Part shown: piece by piece, positions 12,251 through 25,803 of the stretch | Position numbering within the stretch: the stretch's first letter is position 1 | How the letters are laid out: each line of letters begins with the position of its first letter | DNA from: Hemiscyllium ocellatum | Taxonomy: Eukaryota | Assembly: GCF_020745735.1 (NCBI RefSeq) | Contig: NC_083404.1 | Coordinates: 97,897,731 to 97,961,730, forward strand | Length of the DNA: 64,000 nucleotides | Direction of reading: 5' to 3' | The notes under the pieces: model-generated | What the model was told of the DNA's origin: nothing | The model's input: the letters and a program-made list of their open reading frames with translations, nothing else | Database searches by the model: none | Position numbers and translations under genes: made by a program

Positions 12251-13660
12251 GAACATAGAACATAGAAAAGTACAGCACAGAACAGGCCCTTCGGCCTGTG
12301 ATGTTGTGAAGAGGATTAATCTTAATGTAAAATAAAATAGCCTTACCTACACACCCCTCAATTCACTGCTGTCCATGTGCATGTCCAGTAGTCGCTTAAA
12401 TGTCCCTAATGATTCTGCTTTCACCACCATTGCTGGTGGTGAGCCATGCATTCACAACTCTCTGCATAAAGAACCGAGCTCTGACATCTCCTCTATACCT
12501 TCCTCCTAATATTTTAAAACTATGACCCCTCATCCCAATCAATCCTGCACTGGGGAAAAGTCTCCGGCTAATGATTCTATCCATGCCTCTCATTACCTTG
12601 TATACCTCAATCAGGTCACCTCTTCCTCCTTCTCTCCAGAGAGAAAAATCCAAGCTTAGTCAATCTCTCTTCGTAAGACAAGCCCTCCAGTCCAGGCAGC
12701 ATCCTGGTAAACCTTCTTTGCACCCTCTCCAAAACTTCTGTATCTTTCCTGTAATAGGCCAACCAGAACTGGACACAGTATTCCAAGTGTGGTCTCACCA
12801 GGGACTTGTAGAGCTGTAGCAAAACCTCGCAGCTCTTAAACCTGATCCCCTGTTAATGAAAACCAAAATACCATATGCTTTCTTAACAACTCTATTCACC
12901 TTGGTGGCAATTTTGAGGGATCTATGTTCTTGAACACCAAGATCCCTCTGTTTCCACCACACTGCCAAGAATCCTGTCTTTAATCCTATATTCAGCATTC
13001 AAGTTCGACCTTCCATCACTTTGCATTTAACCAGGTTGAACTCCAACTGCCATTTCTCAGCCCAGCTCTGCATCCTGTTTATGTCACACTGCAGCCTGCA
13101 ATAGCCCTCAATTCTATCAATGGCACCTCCAACCTTTGTGTCGTCTGCAAATTTACTAACCCACCCCTCAATCTCCTCATCCAAGTCATTTATAAAAACT
13201 ACAAAGAGCAGAGGCCCAAGAACAGAGCCCTGTGGGACACCACTCAATACTGACCTCCAGGCAGAATACTTTCCATCTACAACCACTCCCTGCTTTCTGT
13301 CAGCCAACCAATTCTGAAGCCAGATAGCCAAATCTCCCTGCATCCCATACCTCCTGAGTTTATAAATGAACCTACCATGGGGAACCTTATCAAATGCCTT
13401 GCTGAAGTCCATATACACCATATCTACTGGTCGAACTTCATCGACTTATCTTGCCACCTCCTCGAAGAATTCAATAAGATTATTTAGGCATGACCTGCCC
13501 TTCATAAAGCCATGCTGACTGCCTTTAATCACGCTATTCTTTTCCAAATAGTCATAAATCCTATCCCTCAGAATTCTTTCCAAAACCTTGCTGACCACAG
13601 ACTTAAGACTGATTGGCCTGTAATTGCCAGGGCTTTCCCTATTACCTTTCTTTTCAAGAG
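12251..13660 (-). mobile_element. 5'-truncated CR1 LINE
   Basis: Minus-strand ORFs with YMDFSKAFDKVPH, GVPQGSVLGP, KFADDTK and VRPHLEYCVQFW; (catagaa)n tail. Confidence 0.95.
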
Positions 13661-13997
13661 ATCTGCAGCTCCTGTGTATGTTGGTGAAGCCTTAAATTGT
13701 AGACACCACAGGGTCTTCTCCTGCCTAGGGCAGAGCAGGTGCCTGGTCTCTGGCAGGCTTCTGGCTGCCAATGATTCTTGCTTGCATTGAGGTGCTCACC
13801 AGATTGTGCCCCCACACTGTCTATGTCTAAAGTTCTCATCATTTCCCTATTATCTTTCTTGAGCACCTCAATGCAAACAAAAATAATTGGCAGCCGGAAG
13901 CCTGCCAGAGACCAGGCACCTGCTCTGCCCCAGGCAGGAGAAGACCCTGTGGTGTCTACAATTTAGGGCTTCACCCATATACACCGGAGCTGCAGAT
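13661..13997. repeat. Inverted repeat, arms 13661-13798 and 13860-13997
   Basis: The arms are reverse complements with only about 10 mismatches over ~138 bp. Confidence 0.95.
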
Positions 13998-14414
13998 GGT
14001 ATGTGGGATGCTATGGATGTCACTGGCGAGAAGCTGTGAGGGTGTAAACATGCTATGGGAATCCAACTGCTCCCTGCATCTGGTTGCTTCCATCAACAGA
14101 TTGGCAGCTACTATAGAGATCCAGGTCCTGTACTCTCAGGTTCTGGCGGGGAGGTGCACACTTTTGCATAGATTTTCATCGGGAATCTTGGCACACACTC
14201 CAGGTGACCCATCCACGCAAGGAGACAGGACGGTGAGAGCAGACAGTGACATTGGACTGTAAAAGAAGTATAAATTTGGTTGTTTTTGTATTACATTTGT
14301 TTGTTTGAATTTATGTATTCCCGAATGTCACTGTGTATTACATCATGTCCGTACAGAATGTACCATACCCATTCCATAGGATGAACCCCACCTCTGACTT
14401 CCACTCTTGATGTC

Positions 14415-14539
14415 ATGATTTGGAGATGCCGGTGTTGGACTGGCGTGTACAAAGCTAAACATCACACAGCACCAGGTTATAGTCCAACAGGTTTAATTGG
14501 AAGCTCTACCTTTCGGAGGGCCACTCCTTCATCAGGTGG
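14415..14539 (-). mobile_element. Solo PLE terminal fragment
   Basis: Matches 25679-25803; TTGATGTC flanks both sides (14407-14414 and 14540-14547). Confidence 0.88.
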
Positions 14540-14840
14540 TTGATGTCTACCTTGTTTGGTGAATCTGCTAAGACAGAATATTAATGAAACAAGTTGTGGC
14601 ATTAAGAAAGTATTAACCAAGCTATAATTCTCCCTTGATTGGCAACTTGCCACTGCCCAAAGAGAAATATATCTCTCCTCTCAATAAATATATAGATATT
14701 GCAACAGGTTGGTCCCGACGGCAAGATTGGATTTCATGTGCAAATCTTGTCATAACCACATTGCTAAGGCCCTCATAGGATTTCACCCACGGTCAATCCA
14801 TACAGGTTTTCTGTGTTAGTAATATCATATAGTTTGGGCA

Positions 14841-15037
14841 TGATGTGGAGGAGCCAGTTGTGAACTGGGGTGTGCCAAGTTAAAAATCACACAGCACTAG
14901 ATTATAGTCCAACAGGTTTATTTAGAAGTACTAGCTTGTGAAGTGCCGCTCCTTCATCAGGTAGCTGTGGAGCAAGACCATAAGACACAGAATTTATAGC
15001 AAAAGATTACAGTGACATTCAACTGCAATGATATATT
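14841..15037 (-). mobile_element. Solo PLE terminal fragment
   Basis: Diverged match to 25679-25875. Confidence 0.85.
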
Positions 15038-16289
15038 TGGGGTCACAACAGTGTCATGCCACCTGTGAAGGAAACATAAGTATTTGTGGATTCCAAGGTA
15101 CTGCATTAAGTTATCACTGCCTTAATTGTCCTACTTTGAACATGGAGAAAAGACATTTTCAGTGGCCCATGGTTACAACAGGATAGGGGACATTACACTT
15201 GTGCTTTTGTCATTCCAAATGCATTTTGGTTGTAAATTAAATGAAAAATAATGAAACATAAAATTTAATATATAAAGCAAAGAAGCATGTTCCTGTTGTA
15301 GAAAAGAATTGTTATTAATAATCTTTTCTGGTTTTCAGCAGAGGAAGGAAGGTTAGTGCTTTAAATATATGTACGTGACTGTAGCCCATGATCCAGCTGG
15401 CTATGGTCTCATGCCAACTCTTGTTTGTCTCCAGCCTGTACATTTATAAAATAGCCAGCATGTGTAAGTCTCCTGCCTAGCCTGGAAATGTGAATCTAAT
15501 TATGAAACCTGAGTCGTGTGCCAAATCTCCCACATGTTTCAGCACCTGTACAGCTCGTGCCTTTGTGTAGACAAAGTCTTTTGCCAAATTACTCAGTGCA
15601 CTTTTCTGGGAGTTATTTTCCTTTTAACATTCAGGTTCAATTACATTTTTGATTTTGTTTGGAAAAGTGAGTTATATGTTTCCCCTATAAGAATATGTAA
15701 AAATGCTACCCATTCTCGATGTAATCTTATTTTTCCATAATGCACATTCTCTTTTCTGGAGGACATCAATCTGGAAATTAGTTCCATGTAACTTCACTCC
15801 TGATGGTAATTGGCAATTACACATGGGTCTTCCCAGGAGCATGTTTCAATAGTTTTGTTGTATTCTCAAAAAACTGTTTGTATATAATGAACCTCCTGTA
15901 ATTACCTTATATACAGTGTATTTTTCAAACAATGTGACAAGGTCCATCATTATGCATGCACAGATAGGGGGAAAGGACTGTTCATGATCTTTCAAAAGGA
16001 AATAATGAAAACAATGGCAATAATATACTACACATGTTCACTGAGTTTGTTGAATATCTCACTCAGTAGTAAGAAAGATTACATCATACAAGCAGTGAAT
16101 GCCACTCTTGAGAATTGAAATCAATACTGTTATACACTCACAACTAATAGTGATTTTGTTGGTGAGAAAATCATTGACCTTTATGCTGCCGTGTCAATGT
16201 TGTTCAAATGCCACTGTTGCCCGAGTGTTAAACTCACCGCCATAATGTTGGTTGATGGTACGACCTGTGACTGTCACTGGGGCGTTATC

Positions 16290-16530
16290 TGATCTTCTCA
16301 CCTCCAAGTCAGAAAGTCATAAATTCAATTCCCCCTCCAGGGACTGAAGGTCAAAAAATCTCAATTGATGACCCAGTGTAGTACTGAGATTATATGCCAT
16401 TGTTGGATGAGCTGTTTAACCGAGGTCTCATCTACCTTGTCAAATCGATGCAAAAGTTTGCATGTCAGTATTAAAGAGCAAAAGAGAAATTAATTTGTTC
16501 TCAGAATCTTGGTCAATATTTATCCATTAG
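16290..16530 (+). mobile_element. DeuSINE (tRNA-Deu) remnant
   Basis: agtcagaaagtcataaattcaattccc...ggatgagctgtttaaccgaggtctcatctacc...ggtcaatatttatcc. Confidence 0.7.
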
Positions 16531-16819
16531 TAAAACAAAGGGTGGACTTTTCCTGTCAATGATGTGGCATGAGTAATGGCAAGAAGGACAGGAAAATATG
16601 GTTAAAATGAAATATCAAATTTCAAATGTCAAGAAAGGTTTTCTTGATTTTGCCCTCACACATGGTGACTTCAGAATCTCTCTATTGAGTGGTGACTACC
16701 TTATTTTCACTCATTGGAATCACACTCAACCCTAAATCATCTGATTGACACGCCGCTTCCAATTCTCTTCTTCCCTGAGACTTAAATTCTGAACATGTAG
16801 TTGATCAAATATTGAAAAG

Positions 16820-18170
16820 TTAAAAAGTCATTTCTCTTCCTTCTAAATTCTCATGAGTGCAAGCCCAAGTTATTCAACCTCTCTTCACAGGACAGTTCTT
16901 CTGTAATTGCAATCGACCTAGTAAACCTTCTTTGGACTGCCTCCAGTGCCAATACATCTTAGCTTAGATAAGGGGCCCAAAAGCAGACATAATACCTGTT
17001 TAGTGCCTTGCATAATTTCAGCATACCTTCCTATTTTCATACACCATCTTCATAGCAATAAAGATCATGAGTTAATTTTCCTTTACTATTGTCCATTGAA
17101 TTTGTATGCTCGATATTTGTGATTCATGCTCTGTCTCATACATTTGCGCAGTCTTTCCCAATTTAAATAATACTTGTGGGCGGCACGGTGGCACAGTGGT
17201 TAGCACTGCTGCCTCACAGCGCCAGAGACCCGGGTTCAATTCCCGACTCAGGCGACTGACTGTGTGGAGTTTGCACATTCTCCCCGTGTCTGCGTGGGTT
17301 TCCTCCGGGTGCTCCGGTTTCCTCCCACAGTCCAAAGATGTGCAGGTCAGATGAATTGGCCATGCTAAATTGCCTGTAGTGTTAGGTAGGGGGTAAATGT
17401 AGGGGAATGGGTGGGTTTCGCTTTGGCGGGTCGGTGTGGACTTGTTGGGCCGAAGGGCCTGTTTACACACTGTAAGTAATCTAATCTAATCAACTCTTCA
17501 ATTGTTCCTTCTAAAGTGATCAACTTCACATTTTCTCATATTATATTCCATCTCTTCCATTTTTTGTGCATTAGCTTAAGCTGACTATATCCCTCTGTAG
17601 ACTCCTCGTCACGACTTGACTTTCCACCCATTTTTGTGTCCTGAGCAAACTTGGAGTTGGTACATTCACTTCTGTTGTCCAAATCATTAACGTATATTGT
17701 AAATAATTGTGTCCCAACATTGATCCCTGTGGCACTAGTTACAACTTGCCATCCTGAAAATGCCTGCTTTATCATACTTTTTGTCTTCTATTTGTTAGCC
17801 AATTTTGTATCAATGTTAATGTACTTTACCTGACCATGGGCTTTTATCTTATTAAATCATTTATCTTATTAAATATGTAGTATCTGACCAAATGCCTTTG
17901 GAAATCCAAATATATTACTTTTATTGGTTATTCTTTGTCTATGATGTTTATGACTTCCTTCAAGAACAAAATAAGTTCATCAGGCTTGATTTCTTCTTCA
18001 TGAAGCCATGCTGACTCTGCTTGATCATCTTTTGTTTCTAAATGCACTGTTATTACATCCTTTATTACTGACTTTAACATTTCCACAATAACAGATGTGA
18101 AGCTAACCGGCTGAGAGTTAACTGTTTTTGTCTCCTTCACTTTTTGTATAAGGGTGTTACATTGACGTTG
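16820..18170 (-). mobile_element. Decayed CR1 LINE interrupted by an HE1 SINE
   Basis: Minus-strand ORFs: SQPVSFTSVI, FTIYVNDLD...SKFAQDTK. Confidence 0.85.
17178..17491 (+). mobile_element. HE1-type V-SINE, full length
   Basis: A box tggcacagtgg, B box gggttcaattcc, V-domain ctgtgtggagtttgcacattctccccgtgtctgcgtgggtttcctccggg, CR1-like tail ending (aatct)n. Confidence 0.95.
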
Positions 18171-18699
18171 TATGCAAGTTGACATCTGCACATCACCAGC
18201 CTCAATACACCATCATGTCTGCCCTTGGACCAAATCAGCCTAGACTTCAGCAACTGACGTCGAAACTCAGGAAGTTCTAGAACTGGTGAGCTTCTGCCAT
18301 ATTGTTATGTGTGCAAGGACATACAGCAATAATGTTTTTGCATTCACATGGAGACTTGCAGCCTATGGCCCTCAGCTTAATATTCACTCACTTTTGTGCT
18401 TACTTTCAGGCTGCTAGCTTCTGTTTGGCACACATTGTTCCCTTAATGATCATGGCTTTTAGTGCTCAGTGACAGACTACCCACCTCTGTGGCTTGCGAC
18501 TTTTTAGCTTGGGGGGAAGAAGCATGCAAGGTAACTGGTGCTAAGACATGACCTGTCAATCTCTCAGTCAGCTGGGGGTATGGCATGGCACCGGTTTACT
18601 TTGATGTCAGAGCTAAAGCATACGTCAGCAGTTTAACACAAACGTCCTGGAACCTTCAACATTAGTATCCTAACCTATGTTGTCCTGCAGCCATATCTC

Positions 18700-19860
18700 T
18701 ATTATGGCTATCAGATGGTACTTGCTTATTTGAATAAGTGTGATCGGTTTAGCTGTTTATTTTTAATACTACATACGTTCACAGACCCTTTAGTTTTGTC
18801 ATTTTGTAGCCTAATCTGCTGAGTTACCCTTTCATGTATATTCTCAATCCCTTCCTGTTACAATCTGTTTGCAACATTTTATAAAAATAACTTTCACTCT
18901 TACCTTGTCCCTTATGGATGATCTACTAAATCTTCCTAAGTTTTAGGCCTTAACCCAAATTTCACTGAAAGTCCTCTCTATTTCTCTGCTTATGCAGCTT
19001 GCTAGAGCTCTGGGCCTAGCATGGTTCAGGTGTAGACCATCTCAATGGGATAGATTTCACCTTCCCCAGTGCCCTACAAACAAAAACCCACTTCTCCAAT
19101 ACCAGTGTTTGGGCCGTGCATTCTATTGAATACCTCTATAATCTTATTCACCCTATGCCAATTTGTTCATGGTTTGGGTAATAATTGAGAGTGTATTATC
19201 TTTGAGGTCTGCTTTTTAATTGGTGACTAGCTCCTCATTTTGTCCATGCAGAATATTTTTTCCTTGTACTACCTGTGTCACTGCTATGTACATAGATCAT
19301 GAATGACTGAAATCTTACCTTCTCACTGTATATTCCTGTGAAGCCCTGACCTGATGTCCTAAACTCTGGTACTAAACAGGCAACAAATCTTCTGGGCTCT
19401 CATGCTTTGCCGGAAAGGACAGTGTCAGTCTCCCTCACTATACTTTCCTGTGTTATCACTACATTTATTTTCCTTCGCACACTTGAATGGCTTTCTGCAT
19501 CACAGTATAATAATCAGATGGCTCATGAACCCTGCAGCCCTTGGTAACACAAACTAAAATTACTTCATGCTTGTTGGACCATTGCAAAAGCTGCAGCTCC
19601 TTCACCTCCGGCGTTCCTATAGCTTCACAACTTTACAATCACAGCTTCCTGTTGCTGACCACTAACCAAATCAGAAGGCTCTGTCCTTAGGGATGTAATC
19701 ACCTCCAGCAACTTTCCTTCTCTTTGAAGCAACACAATGCCTGCAGTTCAATCTCCAACTCAATCTCTGAACTGGAGTTCCTCCAATCCTGAACATTTCT
19801 TGCAGGAATATTTGTCCTGGATCCCATTGTCATCCTGCAGTTACATACGTCATTGCCCAG
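18700..19860 (-). mobile_element. Decayed CR1 5' region (ORF1 esterase and ORF2 start)
   Basis: Reverse complement resembles the 37440-37900 esterase segment (e.g. cctgtttagtaccagagtttaggacatc vs cctatctggtgccagggttaaggacatc). Confidence 0.6.
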
Positions 19861-21194
19861 CCATCTTCAATTATCTTAATCAGTCTATTTTATGAATTAA
19901 ATTATGATTAATAAACCCTACTACTCCTACTAAGATTTATTACTACTGATGCATTTACTAATACCAATGAAACCTTGTAATTACTAATAAATTTCCTGAG
20001 CTTTAAAAGATTAGATAAGTGCACAAAATATTCATCAATCAATCACTTACCAATTTTCCTACAAATTCACCTTTCATTTTTATATAATTAGGGTGGTAGA
20101 TGTTTAGTGTGGGGGTGGATAAGTTGTAAGTGGGTGAAATGGCATTTGGGTGATTTAACAGATCCATGAGTTGATAGATAAGTATAGTGTCAGGTGGGTA
20201 AGGTGGTAGTTAGTTTGGTTGCCAGATGATTTAGTTGGTGGGTGAGTAGGATAATAAGCAACTGAGTTAATAGGTGAGTCAGGTGGCAAGTGGGTGGTTC
20301 TGTAGGTGGGTGAGGTGCTAGGTGGATAGTGTGATAGGAAGATGAGGTGATAGTTAGAATGGTAGGTAGTGTGATACATGGTTGAATTGGCAAGTGAACA
20401 GGGTAGCATGTGAGTAAGTTGGTTGGTGGGTATTATGGAATGTGGTTGAGGAGGTGGATGGCAAGTGGATGGGATGGCAATCACAGGAGATGGTTGTTGT
20501 ATCTGGGATGTTGTAGTTTTGAGGTTAGGAGACTAGTCTCTGATAGTACAATTGTTGGTTCAGGGGAATTAATGAGATGTGAGGGGTGGTTAGGGTTTGT
20601 ATAGGGAAGAATTAAGGCATTTGGAGTAGTTGGGGAATGTTGGGAGACAGGTGTCATTGAAGTCAGTGTTAATCTGATGTTCAGCAGATCAGGTGGATGC
20701 CTTAAAAGCATTTGATAGCACATGTTAGTAAGTAACAGAACCAAGGGTTATGGGGTACAGACATAAAAACGGAGCTGTGATCACAAATGGACCAAACATA
20801 TGACCAACCCTACCTCCTCATGCATGTGTTACCATACCTACCTGGCACTCTATTACCTCACATTTTTTAAATTCAGTCATCTACTTGCATGCCACCCTTC
20901 ACCCTCATCTACTCAGCTGGTTAGCACTTATCTAACCAATTGGAAGCTTATCCCTTCACACATCTGCCACCATACTCTCTTACTGTCTTGCCACTTAACC
21001 CCCTCACTCATTTGCTATGCTAGTCTCTTACTCATTTGATACCCAACCCTGTCACGCATCTCCTAATCTCTACCTTCACTGACTAACCTGCCTCCCTCCT
21101 CTCTCACTCTCTTACCCTGCACATTACCTCTCTCAGTTTTGGTGGGGGTGGGGGATTTAACTTCTTTAACCATTTTGCTTACTCAAACACAGCA

Positions 21195-23915
21195 GCTATG
21201 TCATTAAAAGGAAATACATCCTATCGAAAAGATAGGTAGGTGGACAGACGGGATGGGGCTGCCTTATTAGTAAGAAATGAAATTTAATCAATATTAGGAA
21301 ATGATGTAGGGTCAGATGGTATAGAATCTATGTGGGTAGAATTGAGGAACCGTGAAGATAAAACAACCATATTTAAAGTTATGTATAGGCCTCCAAACAG
21401 TAGTCAGGAACTGGGGCACAAGATATACCAGGAGCTAGAAAGAGTGTGTAAGAAAGGCAACGTTACAGTGATCATAGAGGATTTCAATATGTTAATGGAC
21501 TGGGAAAATCAGGTTGGTGGTGGATTGTAAGAAAAGGTATTTGTCTAATGTGTACTTGTGGTGGAGTCCTCCAGGGAACAGGCAATATTGGATTTAGTGT
21601 TGTTCAATGAGGCAGACTTGATAAGGAAGTTTAAGATGAAAATACCCATAAGAGGCAGTGCACACCATGAAATAAAAGCAAATGCAGAGGCATGAGACAG
21701 GAACTGGGTAGAATTGACTGGGAGAGGAGCCTAGCAAGATAGACAGTGGAACAGCAATGGCAGGAGTTTCTGGGAGTAATTCAGGAGACACAGCAAAACT
21801 TCATCCCTTGGGAAAAGAAGTATGGTACAGAGAGGGTGAGGCAACCATGGCTGACTAAGGAAGTAAGGGATAGCGTAAAAGCAAAAGAAAAAGCATATAA
21901 TGTGGCAAAGGGCAGTGGGAAACCAGACAACTGGGAAGCTTACAAAGATTAACAGAGGGCAACAAAAAGGTTTAGGAACTGAATAATTACTTTGTGTTAG
22001 TCTTCACATTGGAGGACATGAGTAGTATCCCAAAAATTCAAGAGACCAAGGAGGCAGAGCTGAGTATGGTGACCATCACCAAGGAGAAGCTGCGAGAAAA
22101 ACTGAAAGAGCTGAAAGTAGATAAATTCCAGTACCAGATGGACTACACCTCAGAGTTCTAAGGGAAATAGCTGAAGAGATTGTAGAGGCATAGGTGGTGA
22201 TCTTTCAGGAATTGCTAGAATCAGGGAGGACTGGAAAATTGCTATTGTAACACCCTTATTTAAAAAGGGCGTAAGGTGAAAGACAGAAAATTACAGGCTG
22301 ATTAGCCTAACCTCAATTGTGGGTAAGAGTTTGGAGTCCATTGTGAAGAATCAGATTTCTGAATGCTTGAAAGTGTGAGGTAAAATAAGGCATGGTTTAA
22401 TCAAGGAGAGGTCATATCTGACAAGTCTGCTCAAATGCTTTGAGGAGGTAATGAACAGATTAGACCAAGGAGAGCCAATGGATGTTATCTACCTGGACTT
22501 CAAAAAGGCCTTTGCTCAGGTGCTGCACAGAAGGCTACTGAGTAAGATAAGGGCCCTTGGTGTTTGAGGTAAAGTGCAAGCATGGATAGAAAATGGCTGT
22601 CTGGCAGAAAGCAGAGAGTGAGAATAAAAGTATTCTTCTCAGGATGGCAGCTGGTGACAAGTGATGTTCTACAAGTGTGGGCGGCACGGTGGCACAGTGG
22701 TTAGCACTGCTGCCTCACAGCGCCTGAGACCTGAGTTCAATTCCCGACTCAGGCGACAGACTGTGTGGAGTTTGCACGTTCTCCCCGTGTCTGCGTGGGT
22801 TTCCTCCGGGTGCTCCGGTTTCCTCCCACAGTCCAAAGATGTGCGGGTCAGGTGAATTGGCCAAGCTAAATTGCCCACAGTGTTAGGTAAGGGGTAAATG
22901 GAGGGGTATGGGTGGGTTGCGCTTCGGTGGGTCGGTGTGGACTTGTTGGGCCGAAGGGCCTGTTTCCACATTGTAAGTAATCTAATCTAAAGTGTCAGTG
23001 TTGGGACCACAACTTTTCACTTTATAAATTAACGATCTAGATGAAGGAACTGAGGGATTTCTGACTAAGCTTGCAGACAAATACAAAGATAGATAGAGGG
23101 ACAGATAGTATTGAGATGGGGAGGTTGTAGAAGGATTTGGACAGGTTAGGAGAGTGGATAAAGAAATGGCAGATGGAGTACAACATAGGAAAGTGTGAGA
23201 TCATGCACCTTGGTAGGAAGAATAGAAGCATGGACTATTTTCAAAATGAGGAGAAAATTCAGAAATCTGAAGTGTAAAAGACTTGGGAGATCTAGTTCAG
23301 GATTCTCTCAAGGTAAACTTGCAGGTTGAGCCAGTAGTTATGAAAGTAAATGCAATGATGGCATTAATTTTGAGAGGACTTGAATATAAAAGCAGGAACG
23401 TACTTCTGAGGCTTTATAAGGCTCTGGTCAGACCTTGTGTGCAGTTCTGGGCCCCATATCTCAGGAAGGATGTATTGACCCTGGAGCAGGTTCAGAGGAG
23501 GTTCATGATTGTGGGAATGAAAATCTTAATAGATGAGGAAGGTTTCAGGACTCTGAGACTATACTTGATGGACTTCAGAAGGCTGAGAGGGGTATCTAGT
23601 TGAAACATGCAGAACACTGAATGACCTGGACAGAGTAGATGGAAGGTGTTTCCATTGGTAGGAGAGACTAGGACATTACGGCACAGCCTTAGAGTAAAGG
23701 GAAGAGCGGAGATAAGGAGAAACTTCTTCAGCCAGGGAGTGATACATGTTTGGAATTCAATACCACAGAAGGCTGTGGAGGCCAGGTCATTGAGTGTACT
23801 TAAGGTAGTGATAAATAGGTTCTTGATTGTCAAGGGGATCAAGGATTATGGGGAGAAAGTGGACCAGACTCAATGGGCTGAAAGGCCTCATTACTGCTCT
23901 CATGCCTTATGGTCT
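21195..23915 (+). mobile_element. CR1 LINE ORF2 (endonuclease, RT, 3' UTR), internally deleted and frameshifted
   Basis: WVELRN...YRPPNS...EDFN (endonuclease), QPWLTKEV, DFKKAF, LYKALVRP..VQFWAPY. Confidence 0.92.
22679..22989 (+). mobile_element. HE1-type V-SINE inserted in CR1
   Basis: Near-identical to 17178-17491; TSD AAGTGT at 22673-22678 and 22990-22995. Confidence 0.95.
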
Positions 23916-25768
23916 GAAAAGGAGCTTGTCTTGGCCTCCAACAGTGATCCAACAACGTCCAGCTGCTCTCTTGGTTTTCAGGAGACATGGTCAGAGGTCT
24001 GGCAGCAAAAATAGCTCAGGTAAGTAGGAAATTTTTAAAAGGATTGCCATTGGTGGATTTGTTCTAACAATAATCTGAAGATCTGGGACAATCTGGTTAT
24101 GATTTCCTAAATCTACCAGATGAAGTCAAGCTGTTGCCTTATGATCAGCTCTCATTTTTTAATTCCTTTACCTTTTATCTAACCCTCTTTCTCTTGTCTC
24201 ATTCTCGTATAGTTTCTTATTACTGAAATCCCTCAGAAGTTCAATAATTTAATTGAACTTCTGCCAAATATTGTAATACAGCTGTGTTGGGACTCAGTCT
24301 TCCCACTGCATGCTGACCCTATTTCCATAAAAGTACTTTATATGAAAAAAGGTTTGATAACACAAATCACACCCCAAGGGAGTTTTTCATTCTACTGGAT
24401 AGTCCTAGTCTAGTGTTCATTCAAAACATTTCTTTGGCATTTCCCCAAGAACAGGATAGCAGCTGCTCTGCTACCTAATGTGGGAAAGCTGGGTGAGATT
24501 TTCCCGAGGGCAGCTGAAGCAGATTCATTAATAGCTAGAGAAGTGGCAACTCCAGTTCTTTCTGTGCTTTCAGTCTTTCCCATGGTGGTGTAGGTCCCAA
24601 ATTTACTGTTTGTTTTCTCTGACATTTATAGTTTATTGTTTTCTTTTTTGATTTTGTATTTTTTTCTCTCAAAATGAACTGAGGTTTGAATAAAACAGAA
24701 GTGTAGACCACTTCTGAAGCTGTACATAAATATGATTCCTTAACTCACCATGAGGAGGTGCACAAAAACAGCTTGTAGATGTGTCTATGATTCCCACTTT
24801 ATTTGAAGAATGTGATTGCCCATTTATTGGTGCTGTTCCTATGTAAATTCACATTTCCCAGAATATGGAATTTTGTTCATGGACATCTTCTTCACACTGA
24901 ATCCGAGAACAAAATAGTGTTGCTATTCACTATCCATAGCTTCACTACCAAATGTCTTTTTCTTATCTGCTACCAACAAATCACTGGAGAACAGGAATGA
25001 ATGATTACCACAATAGTAGGCATATAAACTATCCAATTTTTTTTTACAATGTTTGGTTAAAATTGATGCAATTAGCAGTTGTGATGGCAGAGTGGGTTTG
25101 TGGAATGATTGACTCAAGATGATTCCAACGACATCTTAGCACCTTGATGCATTAATCAGTTGCAGAAAGAAGCAGTGATGTAAAATGATGTAACTGGGCC
25201 TTCTTGTCTCCAAGCAAGAAAATACAAAAAACATCAACCAACATTCCTGGTCCTGATTGCTACCCAGTGACCCTTGTTACATGACTGTGCTGTTCCAAAG
25301 GGAATGGGAAAAAATAGCAACTGCAATATATGGTTCAGGGCTCGAGTTTGGGCACAGACGATTGGAAACTTTCTCATAGCTCATTACTGCTTCTGCCAGG
25401 TAGAAAACTGGGTTTGTCAGCACAATTACAGCCACTGCAGCTGGGAAAACCATACCTCTTGTATCATATATATCAAAAGTCTTGGAAAGCCTAATAGGAA
25501 AAACACAACTTTATACAACACTAGTAATGATGCTAGAAATCAGATAAAAAGCACAGCAATTAATGCTCACAAATAATATAATTTAATGAATTATTACTGA
25601 AATACAGTAGAATTTATTTTGATGACTAAACCATATGCAGATGCTTAGTACAACGAAAAGGATGCATGCAATTACTTTTGATTTGGAGATGCCGGTGTTG
25701 GACTGGGGTGTACAAAGTTAAAAATCACACAACACCAGGTTATAGTCCAACAGGTTTAACTGGAAGCA

Positions 25769-25803
25769 CACTAGCTTTCGGAGCGATGCTCCTTCATCAG
25801 GTG
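25769..25803 (-). ncRNA. Minimal hammerhead ribozyme motif in PLE terminus
   Basis: Reverse complement reads CAC-CUGAUGA-A-GGAGC-AUC-GCUCC-GAAA-GCUA-GUG: intact core, stem II, CAC/GUG stem I and palindromic AGCU stem III. Confidence 0.8.

Noticed and set aside
17178-17250. tRNA gene-like A/B boxes
   Set aside because: Head of an HE1 SINE, followed by V-domain and LINE tail; not a tRNA gene.
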